A stretch of DNA of 64,000 nt from Antedon mediterranea (lineage: Eukaryota > Animalia > Echinodermata): positions 20,147,648-20,211,647 of the forward strand of contig NC_092673.1 of assembly GCF_964355755.1 (NCBI RefSeq), read 5' to 3'. Below the pieces are notes generated by a model. The model searched no databases, was not told the origin of the DNA, and was given only the letters and a program-made list of their open reading frames with translations. The translations under genes were made by a program, and so were the position numbers. Of this stretch, positions 39,237-51,553 are shown one piece after another. Within the stretch, counting starts at the first letter, position 1; every line of letters begins with the position of its first letter.

Positions 39237-40953
39237 GGTTCTAGGACACCTACCCCCTAGACAGTTACCCCCCGGATGTTTACCACCCGGACAACTACCC
39301 CCTTAGGACAACTACCCCCCGGACAACTACCCCCCGGACAACTACCCCCTTAGGACAACTACCCCCTTAGGATAACAACCCCCCGGACAACTACCCCCCG
39401 GACAACCACCCCCTTAGGACAACTACCCCCTTAGGATAACTACCCCCCGGGTAACTACCCCCCGGTCAACTACCCCCCGGTCAACTACCCCCCCCCCCCC
39501 CCATCCAAAAGTAGACAAATATATAGGACCGGTTTCTGTAAAAATGAAATCATCTGTTTTTAACGGGTGTTTCGAAACTAGAGATCCGAGACCAGAGACC
39601 TGAAACGAGACCCAATACGAAAAGGGAGACCTATATTTGGGTCTCCCTTTTCGTATATTAGGGTCTCCCTTTTCGTATAGTGTGGTCTCTCTTTTCGTAT
39701 AGTGGGGTCTCCCTTTTCTTATAGTGGGTCTCCCTTTTCGTATATTTGGGCCTCCCATTTTGTATATTTGGGTCCCCCTTTCGTATAATTGGGTCTCCCT
39801 TTCGTATAATTGGGTCTCCCTTTTCGTATATTTAGGTCTCCCTTTTCGTATATTAGGGTCTCCCTTTTCGTATAGTGGGGTCTCCCTTTTCGTATAGTGG
39901 GGTCTCCCTTTTCGTACGTGGGTCTCCCTTTTCGTATATTTAGGTCTCCCTTTTCGTATTGGGTCTCGGGTCTCTGGTCTCTGGTCTCGGGTCTCTAGTT
40001 TCGAAACACCCGTTTTTAACCGATTATTCTGTTTAACAGCACGCTAGACCCTAGATGTGCTAGATTTAAAGTACCGTATTTATTGAAAAAACGGCCTGGG
40101 CTGTTTATTGTTTAGGTGGTTTTTAGGTGGACATTTATTGGAAGAAAGTTGTTTATTCAATGGGAGGGGGTATAATCTAATGGAAATAGACGCCGATTAT
40201 TCCATATGATGTTTCATGGGAGTGACATGGTCACCGTTTATTTGAGGGGAATTTATTTAAAGATCGACGTTTATTCGGTGAGTGAACATTGAGGTCAAAT
40301 ATCAAAAGTGATATTATTCTTCAAGTGTACAAAAATACATATATGACAAATTTTAGACAAATATTAATTCTTTTAAGACCAGTGGTTATCGAAGCATTGT
40401 CCTGACGCAAAAATTATTATTATTATTAGCGAACCCAGTCTTTACAGTAAATACAGGGAGTACTATATAATACGTTCGACTATCCTATGATCATGTGTGA
40501 CGATCTTCAGTTTATACCAGGCTATATTTATGTTCAATCTTTTACTTTTGCTTACAATAATGAATAGTAATTCGTCAAAGTAACGAATTAAAATATAGTT
40601 ATTAATTCCTATTATACACTGTTGCAGAGTCAGGTTGTTGAATGGTCTGGGTGGTTAGGGTGTTCTAAAGGGATAGTTTTCTGGGTGGTAATTGTCCGGG
40701 GGGTAATTGTCCGGGTGGTAATTGTCCGAGGGGTAATTGTTCCTAGGGGGTAATTGTCCGGGGGGTAGTTGTCCAGGGGGTAGTTGTCCTAAGGGGGTTG
40801 TTGTCCTAAGGGGGTAGTTGTCCGGGGGGTATTTGTCCGGGGGGTAGTTGTCCTAAAGGGGTAGTTGTCCTAAGGGGGTAGTGGTCCAGGTGGTGGTTGT
40901 CCGGGGGGTAGTTGTCCGGGGGGTAAATGTCCAGGGGGTGAATATCCGGATAC
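39237..40953. mobile_element. Foldback-type element with arms made of 15-17-bp GGACAACTACCCCCC repeats
   Basis: Arrays at ~39245-39500 and ~40680-40950 are reverse complements; TSD not identified. Confidence 0.7.
39565..40011. mobile_element. Mutator-like MITE with internal ~21-22-bp tandem repeat
   Basis: TIR GGGTGTTTCGAAACTAGAGA; 9-bp TSD GTTTTTAAC; internal (GGGTCTCCCTTTTCGTATA..)n. Confidence 0.9.
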
Positions 40954-40955
40954 GG

Positions 40956-41570
40956 GGTCCCATATCGATTATATATGGGCTTGCACATATGTATTAGCCC
41001 AGATGTTTGGCAGATGGGTCCCATATCGATTATTTATGGGCTTGCCCATATGCATTACCTCAGATTTTTGGCAGATGGGTCCCATATAAATTAGGTATTG
41101 GCTTGCCCATATGTACTAGCCCAGAAGTTTGGCAGATGGATCCCATATCGATTATATATGGGCTTGACCATATGTATTAGCCCAGATTTTTGGCAGCTGG
41201 GTCCCATCTAGATTAGGTACGGGCTTGCCCTTATATATTAGCCCAGATGTTTGGCAGATGGGTCCCATATCGATTATATATGGGCTTGCCCATATGCATT
41301 ACCCCAGATTTTTGGCAGATGGGTCCCATATAGATTATGTATTGGCTTACCCATATGTATTAGCCCAGATGTTTGGCAGATGGGTCGCATATAGAATATG
41401 TATGGGCTTGACCATATGCATTACCCCATATTTTTGGTAGATGGGTCCCATATATATTAGATATGGACTGGCCCATATGTATTAGCCTAGACGTTTGGCA
41501 GATGGGTCCCATATAGATTATATATGGGCTTGCCCATATATATCGGCCCAGATTTTTGGCAGATGGGTGC
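40956..41570. repeat. ~60-bp tandem repeat forming the subterminal region of the EnSpm element
   Basis: GGCAGATGGGTCCCATATCGATTATATATGGGCTTGCCCATATG.. units, ~10 copies, containing the TIR motif ATATGGGCTTGC. Confidence 0.9.
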
Positions 41571-42789
41571 CACACTGGTTTATCATGGGGCAAACCCATA
41601 TGGGATATCCCATATGGGGTCTTTATTTTTGAAATATGGGATTTCCCATATGGGATGGCCCAGATATTTAAGTCATGGGCCCCATATGGGCTTGCTACCT
41701 GGGTTACTTCCCTTATCGTAAAGACAAGAAGGGTAAGTATTTCCATAAAGACCTCGCTCGTCAGCCACCATTTTTTTGCCGTCGGTGTACTGTCGTCGTC
41801 GATGAAATGAGAGATATTCCTGACTTCTGATTGGTTGACAAACGCAAACCGCGCTCGCGACGCCTCAAAAAGTTGACCAAGGTTCAACTTTTGAAAATTC
41901 GCGTGCGAAGCCTTCGCTGCTGTCGTTTTCAACGCGTTGAAGTTGAAATTCGACTATCGTACACTGTTCGCTTGTATGTTCACACTGGAAGCGTCCGTCG
42001 CCTGCCGCGTGCGTCACTTTTTAACGCGAAATTCGCGGCTTCGCGTTTGGTGTGCACCGGCCTTAACGAAGTAGTGTAGATTTCTACCCATTTAACGATT
42101 TTCAAGACGAATAAAAATAGTAAAGAAACTTGAGGATACGCGCCACAATTATTACAGCGATCACGTGTATCACAGCTTTGACGTTAACTAGTTAACTAGT
42201 AGTTGTGATGGGTATGTGGAATGTGATATCAAGCCACCAGAAACGTCACCTTCTCAATTCTACGGACACGCTAACACAGCAATGTCAAACGAACTTGGCA
42301 AATACAATGCAACGCAATACGAGTGTATGAAGCTTTGTCGACAGGACGCACGTTGCCTAGCTTTTACGTACGCTGCTGATACGCAAGAGTGCGCGACGTT
42401 TGATCGGGATAGCGTCACTGGACCGGAATACATGGAGACGGTATCTGGTGTCTGGTTCTACGACATGTGTCGAAAAAGAAAAGATTTTACTCAGGTATGA
42501 TTAAAGAATTATTTGCTTGAATTGTATTAATGGTAGGCTGTATTTGTGAATCTTGTGATTTATTTGTTTGTGGTATTGGATTAAAACTGCACTGTAAATG
42601 TTCCGTTTGTATAGAGTTTTTCGGAAGATGCCAACAAAACAAAAAATGCGTTAACGGAGGCTCGTGTATCAATGATTGCTTAGAACAGGGATACACCTGC
42701 GCATGCCCAGTACAATTTTATGGGAAATTTTGCGAACACAGTAAGTTCAAATACTAATTACGGATCTTCTCCCCAAATGAACACCCGAA

Positions 42790-44075
42790 TATTACTTAAT
42801 TTTTTAACATAAATCAGTAAATTTACATCAGTTAACTTTGCTTATAACGATATAATGAATGAGCAACTGTCGCTTTTCTACAAGCATTGGATTGACAGTG
42901 GCATTATCAGTATTAAAGACATTGTTAATAAGAACACTTTTTTAACATCAAACGAAATACTGGTGAAACTACAATGTAAAACAAACTGGTTAAATGAGTA
43001 TTTGTGCATTATTAAGGCAATGCCAATTCAATGGAAACGTATTATTAAGGAGGTAGATATTTTCAATTGTGATGATAATGATGAATTAGTTGGGACCAAG
43101 TATGAGATTAATACTACCAAACTAATATACTCATGGTTTGTGAAAGAATATTTCATTATTCCAATCTCACAACTAAAATGGGAAGAGTACTTCAATGATA
43201 ACAACATTGATTGGAAAACTTCTTGGTTACGGAAAGTATGTCAAATGAAAGATAAGAAACTAGCACAATTCAATTATAAGATGTTACATAGAATACTGCC
43301 TACCAAAAAACGACTGTATCAGTGGAAAGTTAAGGAAACACAAACGTGTGACAAATGTGGAGAAATTGAAAATGAAAATCATTTGTTTTTTAGTTGTAGA
43401 TTTATTCAGAAATATTGGAAGAAAATGCTTAGTATCTTTGTAAGTTTAAATCACAATAATATATCATTTAAACAATTAATACTAGGAACGGGAGATAAGC
43501 TAATAGATTATATTTACACTTTTGCAGCATTTACTATTTATAGAATAAAAATGTTATCTGCACTAAATAAGCCAGTGGGTAAATCTTTATGGAATTCATT
43601 TAAAAGCAATATGTTATATAACATTGAATGTGAAATATATAACAATAAAGAAACAAGTATAGAAAAATGGGTAGCTTTAAGAAATAAGATTATGATAATA
43701 TAATTTCTAATTTGATACGATTAACTGAAAAAGAATTACAGTGATACGGGTTACTGGTGGTACTGAGCTATTATTGTTTTTTTTTATCATGTATATAAAT
43801 ATATTGTATAATCCGGGTTGTAAAATGAAAACAAACAAATGAAAATGAGTGAACTATTTTAAAACGGGATAGATGATAATGATGATCCTGTCAAGTGTAT
43901 AACAAAATATAAGAAAATTAATGAAAAAAGGAGTAATACAGAATTCATATATGTAAAAATGTTACTTATGAACTGTAACGACATTTACAAGTTAAATAAT
44001 ACGATTTTATGTAATATGAGATAATATGAATGTGAATAAAAGTGGTGTTTGCGCCACAAAAGAGAAAAAAAAAAA
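42790..44075 (+). mobile_element. 5'-truncated L1/Tx1-clade LINE (ORF2 C-terminus 42855-43703, 3' UTR, A-rich tail)
   Basis: W..GIISIKDI..; KLAQFNYKMLHRILPT..L..WK....CDKCGEIENENHLFFSC (zf-RVT); AATAAA followed by an A-rich tail at ~44035-44075. Confidence 0.85.
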
Positions 44076-44665
44076 CTTTGCTTAAAATATTTGTTTAGCG
44101 TTAACATTAGCAATAATTTTTCAGAGTTTATCCACGATTACGTGTTTAAATCAAACATTGTTGGTATATCATCAGCAAGCAATACGGCGTTCACATACAA
44201 GAACAAACATTATCTCGTGATTGGTGGATAGTAAGTATATAGTGTTTTAGCATAATCAGAACATACAGACGGGTTTGTCGTTTTGTGCTGGGGCGAGCCT
44301 ACACTATCAAACTTTATGTGACAACAAAATGTGATGTGCCCATAATATATGGACATGATGATGTCATATCACTACCATATTTTAGCATATCACAACCATA
44401 TTTGGGTACATCACACTTTTTTGTCACATAACGTTGGATAGTGTAGAAAGAGCCGTAAATTTTCATAGAAAGAATTTGTCATTCGGGCTGATCTCGCTGT
44501 GATTAATTTGTAATTGTATGTAATTGTTAGTGATTTTGATATTTGTATGCTTGTTAATTATGATTATTATGTTTATCTAATTTTCGCTATTTGTTGTAAT
44601 TCAGTTTTTAAAACAGAACAATTGAAATTGATAAACATTTGATTGTTGTACCTTAGATTGATTAA

Positions 44666-45010
44666 AGATGTATTGTCCCCCAAAAACATGAAAAATGAAG
44701 ATTAATTAAATCAGACTTTGAATAGGTTATTTTGTAGTTTTAATAACGTTAATTACTTCAGTAGAAAAAAACGAAGAAAAATCATTTTTTCACTTATAAA
44801 TGAGAAAATAAATGGTTAAATCCAACCAAAAACCCATTTGCTGGCAGACAATTTGACTATTTTTCCCTTAAATTACAGTTTTTTTCAGATAAATACATTT
44901 CTTTTCGATCCAATTTTTAGTCAAAATGGATAACTATTATGTGACATTAAAAATGGCATATTCAACCAAAAATTTTGAAAAAAAAATATTTTCAAGGGGA
45001 CAATATATCT
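44666..45010. mobile_element. TTAA-targeting MITE (Kolobok-like), same family as 9677-10026
   Basis: TTAA|AGATGTATTGTCCCC...GGGGACAATATATCT|TTAA. Confidence 0.85.
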
Positions 45011-45596
45011 TTAACTGTAAAAAGTCATAATTATTCTTACAACAAATATTACATATGTTACTCGTGCAAATTGGTGTCTTTGAATTAGGAAATGGAGTGG
45101 GGAGAGGTGAGTAGTGGGTATTTAAAACAGTACAACATCTTACACTGCCACTAGAAGTTTGTTAAGATGCATTATAGCACACATAAAAAGCTCACTTACT
45201 CGTGTTTTTGGCCCGAAGTTGGCACACTATCGGAATATACTTATCTAAATTCCTTTTTCTAATGACTTAGTTTTCTGTTCAAATTTTCATTCATTACTTT
45301 TTAAATTTCAGTGGCGATAATTCTAAAGCACCAACAAGGGTATACAGATACAACAATACGGCTGAATTGTATGAAAATTACCAAAATTTGACTTTACCAA
45401 ATGGTGTACGAAAAGTTGAGAATTTTATAATAAATGGACAACTCTATATTATGTTTCTTTCAAACTACAGAACAGTCTACCTCAATGTTTTGAACTCACA
45501 TGGTATGTATATACGTTTATTACACTACGCTGCAGCAGAGAAGATTTATCATGACATCAATTAGAACATTATAGGGGGCGCTGCCAACCGAAATGT

Positions 45597-48500
45597 CCCG
45601 GGAGCGAATTTTTTTTTCATAGGTAAGTTAAGTGAGGACAAAAAATATGAACTATTCATGCTATCCCAGTCAGAGTCATTTACGCATGCGCATTACATTG
45701 ATCGCGATTACGTCACCTTTCTCGCGCGACGTTATGAAAAAATAAAGTTACACACAGCTCAGAGAATTAAGAAGAAAACTTTTTCGAAATATAAAAAAGA
45801 TAAAAATGACGGTATCCAAATGCGAAATTTGTGATGATGAGGAGGAAGATGTAGAACGCGATGTAATCTATGAAAAATTAGAGGTCAGTTATGCTTTATT
45901 ATAATTTCATTATATCGTGTAGCCTGAGGCTGCCTGCCTCTCTCTATTTATCTATACTAGGCCTTTGGCGCCTAAGCCTGAGGAGGCTAGTTTAGAGAGG
46001 ATGAAAGGACGACGATGATGACTCAGTATGAATGATGTCAGTGCTGTCGCGCCTCCTTTGCAAACGCTCTCGGGCGAGTTTGTTACCATGCCCACAATAA
46101 TATAGGTCAGGCCTAGCTAGGCTAGGCTAGGCCTATTATAAATATTATTTTTATAGGATAAGAAGAAGAAGAAGAAATGGCATATTAAATGATTTCATCA
46201 GATTGGAAAACAAATAGAGGGTTGTGTAGGCTATGCCATTGCTACAGTACTACTAACTACACACTAGCAACAGCGATGAGCGCAGTCGCAATGTACTGAT
46301 GTATTAATAATAATAATGATCAATAATTCATTTAATAATAATTAAATATAATGATAATGATGATGATGATAATTAATGATACTAATAATATTATGAATAG
46401 TAATAATTATGAATAAATTAATATGAATAATTTATTAAAAATATTAAATAATTCAATTACAATCAGTTGAGTTACATCATCACTGTCAGAGAGATATGTA
46501 AATTGTAATATGTAATATACTTCCTCAGGCCATTCTACCTGCAGAATACCATCATGAAGTTTGTAAACATGAGCATATTGATGAAGTAAATTACACATGC
46601 TTTTTGCGGTTGAAGCTAACAACAGAGGAAGATGTACACAAGTGGCTTGAAGCATTTCAGAGGTCCTCTTCTATAACTTGGAGAAAATCCAAGACATATC
46701 CCAATTCTGGGCGTTACAATACATACAGGGTATTAAATATATTTACATTACTTACTTTTTCCCCCCTAATAAAGTTCAAAAAGATTATCAAAAAATAAAT
46801 AAAATAAGAGAGTACATAATTGGATGCTATGTCTTTTAAGGAAGAGGTCATGTGTTCGAATCGCTCTTGAAAAATCTAATTTTATCACCACAATATTAGA
46901 ACAAACAAGACAAATCTGTAGAACAAACTAATAAGAACAAATTGTGGCTGGGATTATAATTTAAATAATAATGATAATTATGATGATAATGTTAATGTCA
47001 AGTACTGGTTCGCTTAAAAAAAAGTGACAAACTGAGGGCAAGTAAATTTTAATATAATTTAGTTGTGCCAGTTCCCTATTGCTTACTGTTTGTCTCTTGT
47101 CTTTAGGTTGATATGAGATGCCAACACAATACCAGGTCATCCAAACCAAAACCAGGGAAAGGGACAAAAAACACAGGCTGCCCTGCTACCATGAACTTGG
47201 TATTAAAGAGATCCATCACAAATTCAAAGTAAGTAACAGTTTCGCATTTTCGAAGAGTATAATTAATGATTTTTGGTGACAGTGTATCTTTAAACAACAA
47301 GAATATAATTTTAGCAATCGATTCGAATTAGGCTATAGAAACATCAAATTTGATATACATAGTTTGAAGTTACTCAATGTTTCATTGCAATTTCCAAAAG
47401 CTAGTTAACTATTCAATTATCTTTCTCAAATTTATGCAATGCTTTTTGTTATTCAGGACCCAAGATCAGCATGTAAAACATGGCCTCCTCTTCAACGTAA
47501 GGCTTAAAAATGAACATAATCACCGAATAACATGTGCTGATGCGCTAAGGAGAAGAGATGTCTCTGAGGATTCTATAGCCAAACTCAGAGACCTTTTTGA
47601 GCATGGACACTCGCCATCATCTGCTCTTGAGACAATAAAACATGATCTTGCAGAAGAACACGGAGAACAATATGTTTATGTTTGTGCAGACCGTTTCATG
47701 TGTTCTGATCTTCAGTTTTGCTACAGGTGGGTACTACACTGCCTGTTACGAGTATAATTATGCACACTAGTTCTCGTAGATATTGACTGAAATTTATTTT
47801 CTTTTTATGAACAGATTATACTACAAGACCTTTCAAAAGGTATACGGAGCATCCTCAGGAGAACTTATGTATGTCGACCTTGAGAAAAGAGTACATGAGT
47901 ACAATGCTCAACAAAATGATAGTTGTGCCAAAATGTGTACTACTGACGACAATCAAACAATAATAGCCATATGCACACCACTAATGAAGCGGGTACACAC
48001 CAAAGTCAAGCACAGTGGCGAAATGATTTTTGTTGACTCCTCTGGTAATTGTGACCGCCATAATAGCAGGATATTCATTTTCCTGACACATTCATCTGCT
48101 GGTGGGCTACCATTGGGTGTTGTAATAACTACTTCAGAGAGTGAAGCAACAATCACAACAGGGATCAAGCTTTTGCAGACGATTCTTCCCGATGGTTCCT
48201 ATTTTGGCAGGGGTGCACAAGGGCCACAGATAGCAATGACAGATGACTGCCAAGCACTTCATTTAGCCATCCATGCAGTGTATCCAGAAACGTCATTGCT
48301 ACTGTGCGTATTTCATCTGTTACAGGCTATGTGGCGCTGGCTATGGGATGCCAAAAACAGGATTGCCAAATGTGACAGACCTTCTCTCCTTGGCGTCTTG
48401 AAGAGTTTGGTCTATGCTGAGTCGGCCAGAGAGCTTAATGAACGGTACGAAGTAGTAACTGAAGACCCAGCAGCAAGAAAGTACCATAAGTACAGAGAAC

Positions 48501-51500
48501 ACCTTGACAGCATATACCAACGAAAAGAGGCCTGGGCTATATGCTTAAGAAGCAACTTAATGACAAGAGGGAACAACACCAACAATTATGTTGAGAGTGC
48601 AATGCGGGTCGTAAAAGACAAGGTTTTGTACCGGCTGAAAGCGTATAATGTCACCCAGTTAATGGATTTCATCCTCACAAGAATGGAGTCTTATTATGCA
48701 CGACGACTTTTAGATGTTGCCAATAATCGCACAGCCAATATTCAACAATCACGGTACTTCATGAGTGATGGGAATATCAACTGCGACAACATTCTGAAGG
48801 TAAAGCAAAACATACATTAAGGTGCCCTTATGGTTTTTTTAACTGGCCCACCAGACCAGTAAATCTATCATTTAACTGGTCCGTAATCAAAATGACTGTC
48901 CCAATTTATAAGCCGTAAAAAAATTTGGTATTTAAAAAATAGCAATCCAATTGTTTATTATCATCAACATTTTAACTGGCCAAAGCAGACCAGTCGCTTG
49001 GGTATTTCACTGGTCCACCATGGATTTGACTGGTCGCTAACGCTGAACATTCAAGCAACAACATTGACATACATAGAATAATGAATATCATAGACAATAA
49101 CTTTACTTTTTATTTGTTGTAACAGGAAGATGAATCAAATTACTCAGTGCCAAGTGCTTCAACAGACAAGCTGTATCATGTGGACATCAGCATTGGCACC
49201 TGCACTTGCCCTATTGGAAACACTGGTGGACCATGCAAACATCAAAATGCAGTAATGAAGACTTTCAACATCATCAATTCTAATCACACTCCAACTACGT
49301 CACCCTTTTTGAGGAAATTATATTATTCAATAGCTACAGGTAATTATATTGTTCCACCCAGAATTCTAGATCTGTATTGTAAAATTGTGTAATCATGTTT
49401 GCTGGTTACACAAGGTAGAATTAATTACCGATAACTACAATTACAGGTATTTGTGGAAAATTTAATGAATATGAATGCTATTTTGCCCCTAATATTATGG
49501 AGTACATCCAATCAAGACTTTTTATTGAGTCACAGAATTTTGAATGGATGTGACATAATGTTGTTGACAACATCTGATGTTTTGCTCAACTTTTCGCGAT
49601 AGGTTATAAAGAATTTATATTTTATAGGTAAATAATAAAAGGCCTAGATATTGGATTCCTAATTTTTGGGGTATACAGGAAAACATTGAACTGTGGCAGA
49701 CTCATGTAATCCATATTTTCGCGTATAGAACACAATTAGGCATCCTATAATATATAATAATAATAATACCATGGCTGGCTCTGAACAAGCTGGAGGCTTT
49801 GGCAGGAAAGGGCATGACTAAGTTTAGAGATGCATATACACATGAACACATCTTAAAAAAATTATTAAATTATTGTTTTTTCCTGCTGATATAGGTAGAG
49901 ATGATATAGATCGACACTGGTTAATGGGTCTTGAATATGATGAGCCTGATGCGATTCTTCCAGATGAGAACACTGCAGCTACCACTGGGAGCGGTCAGTC
50001 TGTCCTGCAGGATCCTCAGATTGTAAGGTTGGACTCCCTCAATCTACAGCGTTCTGCAGAAAATGCATTTCAGAATCGGGGAAGATGTACAGAAGCAACC
50101 GACGATGACCAGACTGACGATCAAGAAAGATTGAAATTAATGTTTGAAAAGCTCAGCAAGGCGGTGAATGAACATAGTGATGTTTACAAAGCCCCTATAA
50201 GGAAATTCATGTCCGCGTTTGACAATATCACTACGGATGCTGCTTTAGTCTCTGCATTGGCTACTTTCGGTAACTATAATGGGCACTCTGCTGCAAGGCA
50301 AATTAAAATCAGAGCGAAGAAATGCCTCCAAACGACTACCAAAATTGGGGTGCAGCCGACTGCCATAGCGAGGCGCAGGGTTCCATTGGAAGGAAGGCGA
50401 GCCTTAATAACTGGACGACCTCCAAAACAAGTGAACCAATCAGATAATGGTTATGCCAAGAAAAGGGGTAGCACCACAAAGAGAGGAGTTATCCCCAGAA
50501 GAAGAGCATCCGCACCTCACTCGCTATCTCAATGTGTAACAAATAACGCATCTCTTGGACAGACACATTCCACAAAGTAGAAATGAATGATCAAGTATCA
50601 TAAGGCCATAAAAACAGGAGAACATTCAGAATGATGTAAAAACATTTTAAATGGGAAGAAATTACACTTATTTTTTAATTACATCTATTTTTGTCACCAA
50701 ATCACAAACTGTTTGTTGTTTAAAATTAAAGTTAAAAAATATCTACAGGAACGGACACTTGCATTAGAAACTATTTAATAAGCGCTACTTCTATATTTTG
50801 ATAGTCTTATTGTTAGTATTTTTATGAATAATTATATGGTTCATTGTATGTCTTTTTTGCTGTTCTTTCAAAGGACCTCATTGGAAACAAGTCCGTAGAG
50901 GACTTTATGAGTTATCCTTGGCATTCTTCTTGTTTTATTCGGTCTTATGTCTCATGATTTTTTATATATGCTATTTTTTAATTGTATGTCTGTGACTTTT
51001 TATGTACGGATGCCGAAATAAATCAAATCAAATCAAAACCATTAGATAGACGTTTTTCATGCGAACTTGTTATGAATGGATGTATTGTCTTAAAACTGGA
51101 ACGCTAGTTGACCAACCACAGTACTGTTCTGATTACTATAATTGTTCAGGAATTCGATAAGAATTTTCAAAGTCAATTCTCCACTTAACTACACAATGCC
51201 TTGGTATCACCATGGAGTACTCTAGTAGGCTAGCGCAGTTAGCTAGGCTGTTGTCCCAGCTACTTCTAGGCCTTACTAATATAATACTAATAGCTACTAA
51301 CGCGGCATATTTTCGAGATACAGTAAATTAATGTATACTTATATTTATTGCTAAAGCGAATGGCTGTGTCGTCAAAAAGTAGTTTGTTTTATCCATGGAG
51401 CAAAACACTCCATGGTTTATCCATATATGATATAGAGAAAAGAATTATCCTTCGCGGAAGTCGCACATGCGCAATGGATGTAGTTGAGACGTCTTATGAA

Positions 51501-51553
51501 TAATTCATAATTTTTTCCTCACTTACCTACGAAAAAAAAATTCGCGTCCCGGG
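45597..51553 (+). mobile_element. Mutator-like (MULE) element, possibly autonomous, in intron 4 of copy C
   Basis: Imperfect TIRs CCCGGGAGCGAATTTTTTTTTCATAGGTAAGT..GAGGA / TCCTCACTTACCTACGAAAAAAAAATTCGCGTCCCGGG bracket the transposase gene; TSD unclear, so ends are approximate. Confidence 0.75.
45806..50580 (+). CDS. MULE transposase with SWIM zinc finger, 7 exons (45806-45883, 46529-46729, 47107-47228, 47457-47726, 47815-48799, 49126-49339, 49895-50580), 851 aa
   Basis: All junctions are GT-AG and phase-compatible (2556 nt). Motifs: CQH..GCPA..HNH DNA-binding region; FVDSS, MTDD, CVFH and TNNYVES catalytic core; CTCPIGNTGGPCKH SWIM finger. Confidence 0.85.

Larger units (their letters stand above)
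28344..41703 (-). mobile_element. EnSpm/CACTA-type element (CCC..GGG ends, 2-bp TSD) nested in the Harbinger MADF exon
   Basis: TIR CCCAGGTAGCAAGCCCATATGG / CCATATGGGCTTGCTACCTGGG; TT duplicated; CCCATATGGG subterminal repeats at both ends. Confidence 0.82.
26222..42063 (-). mobile_element. PIF/Harbinger element expanded to 15.8 kb by nested insertions; decayed MADF gene
   Basis: TIR AGGCCTGTGCACACCGAACGCGAAGCCGCGAA / TTCGCGGCTTCGCGTTTGGTGTGCACCGGCCT with TAA TSD. Joining ~41750-41704 to ~28341-28225 on the minus strand gives YPSCLYDKGSKSYKDRNIRINA*..VEECQK..RDQFVK (MADF-like). Confidence 0.85.

Noticed and set aside
40806-42079. ORFs over the 60-bp repeat and the Harbinger end
   Set aside because: Translations of tandem repeats and TIR sequence with no domain signal.
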